From assembly GCA_964354215.1 (NCBI GenBank), contig CAYGYT010000001.1, positions 75,199-139,198 of the forward strand: a DNA stretch of 64,000 bases. Direction: 5' to 3'. The notes beneath the pieces were generated by a model. The model made no database searches. It was not told the origin of the DNA and saw only the letters and a program-made list of their open reading frames with translations. Positions within the stretch are counted from its first letter, which is position 1; every line of letters starts with the position of its first letter. Of the stretch, positions 58,049-64,000 are shown piece by piece. The position numbers and the translations under genes are program-made. Origin of the DNA: an uncultured Eubacteriales bacterium. GTDB taxonomy: Bacteria; Actinomycetota; Coriobacteriia; Anaerosomatales; CAVRZR01.

Positions 58049-59472
58049 CAGCGCTCCTCGATCTCGATTGGTGCCAGCGAGCCGTCGACGCCCACTCGCA
58101 CGATGCGATGGTTCCCCGTATCGGCGATGACCAGACCGCCTGATGTCGAAGCCGACACTCCTCCCGGCTCGCGAAGCTCGCCGTCGCGCCCCGCCGCCCC
58201 AGGCCACGGCTCGCACGTGCGCGTGGCCGGGTCGATGCGCTTGATGCGGTCGTTGTACGTGTCGGCGACGGCGAGGAAACCGTCGTGCCAGGCAACGTCC
58301 TGGCAGTGCTGGAGCAGGACCTGGTCGGCAACGCCATCGCGATCGCCGAAGTCGAAGAGCCCGGTGCCGACGATGGTGCGCAACGCGTCGTCCGCGTCGA
58401 CGCGGCGAACCGCTGAGGACTCGCAGTCCGTGAAGACGACGCCTCCCGCCGACGCGCACAGGCCGGTCGGCTGCGCGAGCGCGGCTCCGCGGGCGGGCCC
58501 GTCGAGGACCGCTTCGCCACCGGAACCGGCCACGAGTTCCAGAACGCCCGTGTCAAGCGAGATCGAGAAGAGCTGGTGGGAGCCGGCCATAGAGAGCAGG
58601 AGCCGCGTCCCGTCGAGCAGCAGGCCCCACGGGGATCGGATCGGCGTGGCCGCAGCGAGTGAGCCCGGACGGATGGAGTCGTGCGCAATGGCTCCGGTCC
58701 CCGCGACACGCTCTCGCGCGCCGGAAGCCGTGTCGAGACGCCATACCGCGTGACCCGCGCGGTCCGCGACCCAGACGGCGCCTCCCGTCGAGTCGACCGC
58801 AACGCCCTGCGGCTCCAGGAATCCCGTCCACTCGCGCCGCACCCGACCGGACAGCCCGCTCTCACCGAGCTCGATCTCGACGAGTCGCCCGTGACCGGCG
58901 TCCGCGACGTACAGCCGCCCCTCGGATTCGATGACACGCGAGGGATACCTCAGAAGCCCGCCCTCGGGCTTCTCGACGCGAAGGAACGGCTCGTCTCCCC
59001 TCACGAGCGTGCCGCGCCTCTCGGCTTCGGCAGTGACGCGCTCGATAATCTCCGCCACGGCCTCGGTGTCGAACTCGCCCGACTGGATCCCGATGAGATA
59101 GCCTTCCGGGTCGATCAGCGCGATCGTCGGCCACGCCTCGACGGCGTAGCTCTTCCAGATCCGGAACTGCCGGTCGTTCACGATCGCGTGGGTGACGCCC
59201 AGCCGGTCGGCCGCCGAGGCGATCCGCTCGGTTCGGCGTTCGGTCGAGAACTTCCCGGCGTGCACTCCAACAACGCTGAGCACGTCTGAGAACCGTTCGT
59301 GCAGCTCCCGGACACGCGGGAGCACGTGCATGCAGTTGATTCAACCGTACGTCCAGAAGTCGAGCAGGGTCACGCGTCCGCCGAGGGCACGCATGTCGAG
59401 CGGGGCGGCTGTGTTGACCCAGTCGAGGCCGGGCGGGAAGTCGGGCGCATGGACGTTTCGCATCGATTCCAT
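58048..59472 (-). CDS. thioredoxin-like (redoxin) domain + NHL-repeat protein, predicted selenoprotein (in-frame TGA at 59343-59341 read as Sec, giving G-U-I-N-C)
   Basis: The tail of minus ORF 59341..60351 (MESMRNVHAPDFPPGLDWVNTAAPLDMRALGGRVTLLDFWTYG) is in frame with ORF 58048..59331 (INC-MHVLPRVRELHERF...AWPTIALIDPEG...). Together they rebuild one redoxin fold with TGA at the first CxxC position. ATG at 59472 with GGAG 8 nt upstream. NHL repeats fill the C-terminal two-thirds. Confidence 0.7.
59304..59323 (-). promoter_or_regulatory. candidate bacterial SECIS hairpin for the TGA at 59343-59341
   Basis: GCUCCCG-CGUGUC-CGGGAGC: perfect 7-bp stem with a 6-nt G/U-containing loop. The loop starts 24 nt after the UGA. 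Confidence 0.5.
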
Positions 59473-59553
59473 GTGGCGCACTCCGCTTCGCGGAGACGGC
59501 CGGCACGTCTCGGGGTATGTTCCCCAGCGACGGCATGTACGAGAGGACCGAGT

Positions 59554-60255
59554 ATGAGCACGCGCTACGAAGTCGAGTTCGTCACGCAGGGCGGCTGCGG
59601 GACCGACGTAGCCTGGTTCCGCTTCGGCAAGCCGGACGGCTACACGTTCACGCCGGGCCAGTACCTCACGCTTACGCTCGCCACTGCCGAAGGGGAGCAG
59701 ACCAAGCCGTTCACGCACTCCGAGGCGCCCCGCGACCCCTACTTGGAGATCACAACCCGTCTGTCCGGCTCGGCCTTCAAGAACGCGCTCGGTGCGCTCG
59801 AGTCCGGGGAGCGTGTGCACGTGGCAGGACCGGCCGGTCGCCTCCGGCTGCCGGCAGGCGCCGAGCGGATCGCCTTTCTTGTCGGCGGAGTGGGGATCAC
59901 TCCCGCCCGCAGCATGTTGCGCGATGCGTGGCAGCGAGGCTTCGTCTGGAGCGACGCCGTCGTGTTCTACGGCAATCGCGACCCGTCGTGCATGCCGTAC
60001 GCCGATGAACTCGCCGAGATGGCTTCTTCCGAGGTGAGGGTGGTGAACGTGGTCGAGCGCGCCGATGAATCCTGGACCGGGTACCGCGGATTCGTGACCG
60101 CCGACATTGTGCGAGAGAACGTGGACCCCCATGACGGCAGGGTCTTCTGTGTATCGGGTCCCCCGGTCATGGTGGAGGCCATGGAGCGCGTGCTGGACGA
60201 GCTTGGCGTGGAGTCTGACAGGCGGCTCGTCGAGCGCTTCGGCGCGGCACCCTAG
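59554..60255 (+). CDS. ferredoxin-NADP reductase-like FAD/NAD(P)-binding oxidoreductase
   Basis: Trimmed to the ATG at 59554 (RBS GAGAGGA). FAD-binding FR-type region (PGQYLTLTL, KPFTHSE), NAD-binding FLVGGVGITP, C-terminal CVSGPPVMV. Confidence 0.85.
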   Translation: MSTRYEVEFVTQGGCGTDVAWFRFGKPDGYTFTPGQYLTLTLATAEGEQTKPFTHSEAPRDPYLEITTRLSGSAFKNALGALESGERVHVAGPAGRLRLPAGAERIAFLVGGVGITPARSMLRDAWQRGFVWSDAVVFYGNRDPSCMPYADELAEMASSEVRVVNVVERADESWTGYRGFVTADIVRENVDPHDGRVFCVSGPPVMVEAMERVLDELGVESDRRLVERFGAAP

Positions 60256-60434
60256 CGGCAGTTCGCACCACCACTCGTCGTATCGGCGGACCGTTCGACC
60301 GCGCGAGAGGCCCGCTCGATTCCCCCCGCAGACGGCATGCCGCTGTGGCACATCACTTGCGTGCGCTAGAATCTTCGTGACGGTTCAGCGGCCAACGGCC
60401 GAGCTTCAACGGCCGAGGGTCAGCGGCCGCTGAT

Positions 60435-60863
60435 GTGTCGCTCCGCAGGGGTGTTCCTGGTTTCCTGGACGCGTACTTCGACGTGAGGAATGGTCTGCGA
60501 GTGTACGAGCTGGACGGGGTCCTTGGCCCCGACGTCACGCAGTTCGTCGAGCGTCACGTGCGCTCCCTGCTGACGTGGGACATCCTCGTCTTCTTCGAGC
60601 GAAACCGCGGCGCCGTTATCGACGTGCAGGGCCTCGCCTCCCGGCTCGGCCGACGTCCCGAGGAGATCCAGCCTGAGATCGATCCACTCTGCCAGGAGCA
60701 TATCCTCGACTGCTCCGGCGGCCTGATTCGCTACAGACCCTCGCCCGAGATGCAGCGGATGGTCACGTCGTTCGTGGATTCGTGTCAGGACAAGGGTCGT
60801 CGGCTCGCCCTCATCGCCCTCGTGCTGCACAACCTCAACCCTCACGTGGACGGCTCTCGGTAG
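60435..60863 (+). CDS. hypothetical protein (possible winged-helix-like fold)
   Basis: GC3-rich frame with protein-like composition and no recognised family. Start uncertain: GTG at 60435, or GTG at 60501 preceded by GAGGAA. Confidence 0.5.
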   Translation: MSLRRGVPGFLDAYFDVRNGLRVYELDGVLGPDVTQFVERHVRSLLTWDILVFFERNRGAVIDVQGLASRLGRRPEEIQPEIDPLCQEHILDCSGGLIRYRPSPEMQRMVTSFVDSCQDKGRRLALIALVLHNLNPHVDGSR

Positions 60864-60923
60864 CTCACCGAGAGGCGCGGGGTCCCGGGCGCGGCCGAGA
60901 CGCCGTGCTGGTACCCTTGAGGC

Positions 60924-62255
60924 ATGGGTGGTCAGCTCACAGAGGTACTGTTCATCTTCGGCCTCGTGCTGCTCAACGGCTACTTCGCCGCCTCCGAGAT
61001 CGCACTCATCTCGGCACGGCGCGCATCGCTCAAGCAGGCCGCTGAAGCGGGCTCCAAGGGCGCGAAGGCCGCGCTCCGACTCACCGAGGACCCATCGCGC
61101 CTGCTAGCCGCCGTGCAGATCGGCATCACGCTGGTGGGATTCATGGCGTCCGCCACGGCCGCCGTGACGCTCGCACAACCCCTCGAGGCGTGGCTCCGCG
61201 GCTTGGGTATCGGCTGGATCTCTCGTTTCGCGTCCGGTCTCGCGTTGCTGATCGTCACGCTCGCGATCTCATATGTGACACTCGTCATAGGCGAACTCGC
61301 GCCCAAACGCCTGGGCTTGCAGCGCGCCGAGAGCGTCGCCAAGGCGGTCGCGCGTCCGGTAGCGCTTCTCGCCACCGCGACGGCTCCGCTTGTCTGGCTC
61401 CTTGCGAAGTCGGCCGATCTCGTCGGCATGCTGCTCGGTGTGAAGCCAGGACAGGGCCGGCCGGGCGTGACCGAGGAGGAGATCAAGCTGCTCGTCACCG
61501 AGCAAGGCACGCTGCTCGACGAAGAGAAGCGCATGATCCACGAGATCTTCGAACTCGGCGACACAGTCGCACGCGAGATCATGGTGCCACGCGTCGACAT
61601 GGTGCTCGCCGAGGACACAGACGCGCTGCACGAGGCGTTCACCAAACTTCGCGACAGCGGCTACTCTCGCATGCCGGTGTTTCACGAGGATCACGACGAG
61701 ATCGTCGGCGTGCTACTGCTCAAAGACGTCGTGGGTCCGATCACCGCCGGCATGGGATCCGCCCCGGTCCGCGACCACATGCGCCCGCCGGTGTTCGTGC
61801 CTGAAACGAAGCCCATCTTGCCGCTGCTCTCCGAGATGCAGGCGCTCCGGAGCCATCTCGTCATGGTGGCAGACGAGCACGGGGGGACCGCGGGCCTCGT
61901 GACCATCGAGGACATCGTCGAGGAGATCATCGGCGAGATTGCCGATGAGTTCGATCGCGACCGTCTCCTCATCACTCAGATAGCCGAGGGCGAGTGGGTC
62001 ATTGAGGGGCGCTTGCCCATCGAGGATGCTCTCGGCATGGGCCTGCCCGTCGAGGAATCCGATGAGTACGAGACGCTTGCAGGATGGGTTCTCTCGCAGC
62101 TTGGGCATATACCTTCTCCGGGCGAGAGCTTCGAGGTGAGCGGGTACCGATTCCGTGTCCAAGCGATGCGCCGTCGACGTATCGCTCGAGTCGGGGCCAC
62201 GCGTCTCCCTCCCGCCGCTACGTCTACTGCCCGGGAGGAGCCGGATGGAACGTAA
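60924..62255 (+). CDS. CNNM/hemolysin-family protein (DUF21 + CBS pair + CorC_HlyC)
   Basis: 443 aa. N-terminal 4-TM DUF21 ([17 protein letters not shown]), CBS-pair region (REIMVPR...) and a C-terminal CorC/HlyC transporter-associated domain. Confidence 0.9.
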   Translation: MGGQLTEVLFIFGLVLLNGYFAASEIALISARRASLKQAAEAGSKGAKAALRLTEDPSRLLAAVQIGITLVGFMASATAAVTLAQPLEAWLRGLGIGWISRFASGLALLIVTLAISYVTLVIGELAPKRLGLQRAESVAKAVARPVALLATATAPLVWLLAKSADLVGMLLGVKPGQGRPGVTEEEIKLLVTEQGTLLDEEKRMIHEIFELGDTVAREIMVPRVDMVLAEDTDALHEAFTKLRDSGYSRMPVFHEDHDEIVGVLLLKDVVGPITAGMGSAPVRDHMRPPVFVPETKPILPLLSEMQALRSHLVMVADEHGGTAGLVTIEDIVEEIIGEIADEFDRDRLLITQIAEGEWVIEGRLPIEDALGMGLPVEESDEYETLAGWVLSQLGHIPSPGESFEVSGYRFRVQAMRRRRIARVGATRLPPAATSTAREEPDGT

Positions 62256-62745
62256 GCTGTACCGCAGCCGCCGGGAGCGCATGATCTCGGGCGTGTGCGG
62301 GGGCATCGCCGAGTACTTCGATGTCGATCCAACGCTCGTACGACTGGTCGCGGTCGTCGTGACCCTCGTGAGTGTGGGCACGGCTGCGATTGCCTACCTG
62401 GTGATGACGATTGTCGTTCCCGAAGAGCCTCTCGGGAGCGGTGAAGGGAGAGGACCTGCCGTGGTTCCACCACCGGTTCCGCCCTCGGGTACGCAGTCGT
62501 TCGCCCAAGGAGCCCCGCCGCCGGCAGCGCCTCCGCCCCCCGGATACCCGCCGATGACCGGCCCACCACCCACACCTCCCCGCCGTCCCACGCGGGGCGG
62601 TATTACGTTCGGCGTCGTGTTGGTTCTCGTCGGGCTCGCCTTGCTGGTAGGCCAGTTCGTGCCCGGACTCGAGTTCTGGCGCCTGTGGCCGCTCATCATC
62701 GTCGCCATCGGGATTCGCACCATGTTCCGAGGGAGTGACGACTAG
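62245..62745 (+). CDS. PspC domain-containing membrane protein
   Basis: Trimmed to the ATG at 62245 (RBS GGGAGGAG). [32 protein letters not shown] is the PspC signature. Pro-rich linker and a C-terminal TM pair. Confidence 0.8.
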   Translation: MERKLYRSRRERMISGVCGGIAEYFDVDPTLVRLVAVVVTLVSVGTAAIAYLVMTIVVPEEPLGSGEGRGPAVVPPPVPPSGTQSFAQGAPPPAAPPPPGYPPMTGPPPTPPRRPTRGGITFGVVLVLVGLALLVGQFVPGLEFWRLWPLIIVAIGIRTMFRGSDD

Positions 62746-63692
62746 TGCGAACGCTCAATCGATTCCTCGAGGGCCTGACGCTCGTCGCCATCGGCTTGAT
62801 ACTGCTCGGCAGCACGCTCGAGTACCTGCCATGGTCGGTGAGCACGACCTTCCTGTCGCTCATCTCGCTTTGGCCGGTCTTACTGGTGACCGCGGGTCTC
62901 GACATCATCGGCCGGGGGCTGAACGCGCCGTGGCTGCGGCTTCTCTCGAGCGCGATCGTTCTTGTGGCGGTTCTCTACGGGGGGCTCGTGCTCCCGGCGA
63001 GCGATGCTCGGCCGCACTTCTTCGGCATCGTCGGCATCGACACCGGCGATTCCACGCCGTTCTCCTTCTCTGAGCGGGTGGGGTGGGTGGACGATGCGAC
63101 CGTGGTGCTCAAGGCCGGGGCAGGCGAGATTACGCTCGGAGCGGGATCACGAGGCACCCTCGTTCGGATGAGCGGCGAATCGCCCTTCGACAATCCAGTA
63201 TTGAGCGTGGACCGTGCAGGAAGCACCGCTGATGTACTCGCCTCCCTCGGCTCGGGGGCGTCGGTATGGCCGCTTACAGGCACGTCGCGGATGAACGTCA
63301 CGCTCTCTCCCGCGGTGCTGTGGGACGTGCAACTCCAGACCGGTGCGTCGACGTTGAAGGCGAATTTGCGCTACGTGCCCACGAGGGCGCTCCTCCTCAA
63401 GACGGGCGCGTCCGATTCCGACGTGACCCTCGGCAGCGTGCCGTCGGGCACGGGAGATGCGCCGATTCGAATCGAATCCGGAGTTGCAGCGGTGACCTTG
63501 AGGATTCCCGAGGCCGCGGAGGCGCGGGTCGAAGCACAGACCGGCCTTTCGACGCTCGACGTCCCGTCGGACTTTGTCCGGCTGGAAGGCGACGGACGCA
63601 CGTACGAGTCTGCGGGATTCGAAAGCGCGAGCAACCGGTACGTGATACGCGTCCAGACGGGTATCGGATCCGTCGCCATCAGGCGCTACTAG
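62745..63692 (+). CDS. membrane protein with C-terminal LiaF-like / toastrack-type beta-rich domain
   Basis: GTG start overlapping the previous TAG by 1 nt. Four N-terminal TMs, then repetitive beta-strand segments (...ADVLASLGSGASVW..., ...SDSDVTLGSVP..., ...VAAVTLRIPEAAEARVEAQTGLSTLDVP...). Confidence 0.6.
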   Translation: MRTLNRFLEGLTLVAIGLILLGSTLEYLPWSVSTTFLSLISLWPVLLVTAGLDIIGRGLNAPWLRLLSSAIVLVAVLYGGLVLPASDARPHFFGIVGIDTGDSTPFSFSERVGWVDDATVVLKAGAGEITLGAGSRGTLVRMSGESPFDNPVLSVDRAGSTADVLASLGSGASVWPLTGTSRMNVTLSPAVLWDVQLQTGASTLKANLRYVPTRALLLKTGASDSDVTLGSVPSGTGDAPIRIESGVAAVTLRIPEAAEARVEAQTGLSTLDVPSDFVRLEGDGRTYESAGFESASNRYVIRVQTGIGSVAIRRY

Positions 63693-63704
63693 GAGGGCAG
63701 GACC

Positions 63705-64000
63705 GTGAGCGATCAGACGCCCGTTCAACCGCCGAGGAAGGACGACGCCGGCCGCGTCATCGTCATCGTGGTCGGCATCGGTCTTGTACTCTTGGGGCTC
63801 AGCCTGCTCGGGCGGCAGTTCTTCTGGCCGTACCTCCCCCTGACGCGCATTTGGAGCATCATCCGAGGCGCTGGCTGGGGCCTCGGCCTTGTCATCATCG
63901 GCATCATCTCGATCATCTGGACGCAACGGCCCGGTTTCAAGGCGCCTGCAAAGGGCTCGCGTCTGTACCGGTCGCGCGCGAACAGGATGCTTGGTGGAGT
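63705..64000 (+). CDS. membrane protein with PspC domain, 3'-truncated by the window edge
   Basis: Not in the ORF track because no stop falls inside the window. GTG at 63705 after AGGAGGG. My translation is VSDQTPVQPPRKDDAGRVIVIVVGIGLVLLGLSLLGRQFFWPYLPL...GSRLYRSRANRMLGG, and the last part is the start of a PspC domain. Confidence 0.6.
   Translation, partial: MSDQTPVQPPRKDDAGRVIVIVVGIGLVLLGLSLLGRQFFWPYLPLTRIWSIIRGAGWGLGLVIIGIISIIWTQRPGFKAPAKGSRLYRSRANRMLGG

Noticed and set aside
1-64000. CRISPR arrays, IS elements or transposases, prophage genes, toxin-antitoxin pairs, and biosynthetic gene clusters.
   Set aside because: None recognised on either strand. The repeats seen are intragenic (surface-protein modules, Pro/Ala and Gly tracts) rather than spacer-repeat arrays or terminal inverted repeats.

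Overview
GC-rich, gene-dense chromosomal segment with strong G/C bias at third codon positions. It opens with gyrA, so it is probably origin-proximal. The gene content looks like a monoderm Actinomycetota-type genome. Supporting signs are stand-alone tRNA-Ile(GAT) and tRNA-Ala(TGC) with encoded CCA rather than rRNA-spacer tRNAs, GGAGG-type RBSs, many GTG/TTG starts, a ceoB/ceoC-like TrkA pair beside an APC permease, and a PspC/toastrack envelope-stress module. I support about 50 CDS, 2 tRNAs and several hairpin terminators. I saw no transposase, integrase, CRISPR array or rRNA. Content by region: (i) 3.4-23.6 kb holds five secreted proteins (an S-layer-like Ig-domain giant, an S8 peptidase, two Ig-like repeat proteins and an NHL propeller), interleaved with a HAD hydrolase, a MacAB-like efflux system, a bifunctional nuclease and YjbQ. 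(ii) Next come a DEAD-box helicase and an FAD-oxidoreductase/DUF1365/Cfa cluster with a divergent SDR. (iii) A gene of about 2,950 codons encodes a cyclic beta-1,2-glucan synthase-like protein (GT84 plus GH94). (iv) amtB-glnK, a DUF255 thioredoxin-domain protein, transporters (MFS, APC plus 2x TrkA, ABC-2, EamA, CNNM) and small housekeeping enzymes follow. Main hunt results: two genes that the ORF track splits at in-frame TGA codons are best read as UxxC thioredoxin-fold selenoproteins, each with a hairpin at SECIS distance. One is a rhodanese-Trx fusion at 38616..39332. The other is a Trx-like/NHL protein at 58048..59472, translationally coupled to a Mo-oxidoreductase. A structured, ORF-free region of about 0.5 kb (39333..39870) ends in a plus-strand terminator. 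All five secreted proteins share a C-terminal module of about 100 aa. Many long ORFs in the track are antisense shadow ORFs typical of GC-rich DNA and were not called.
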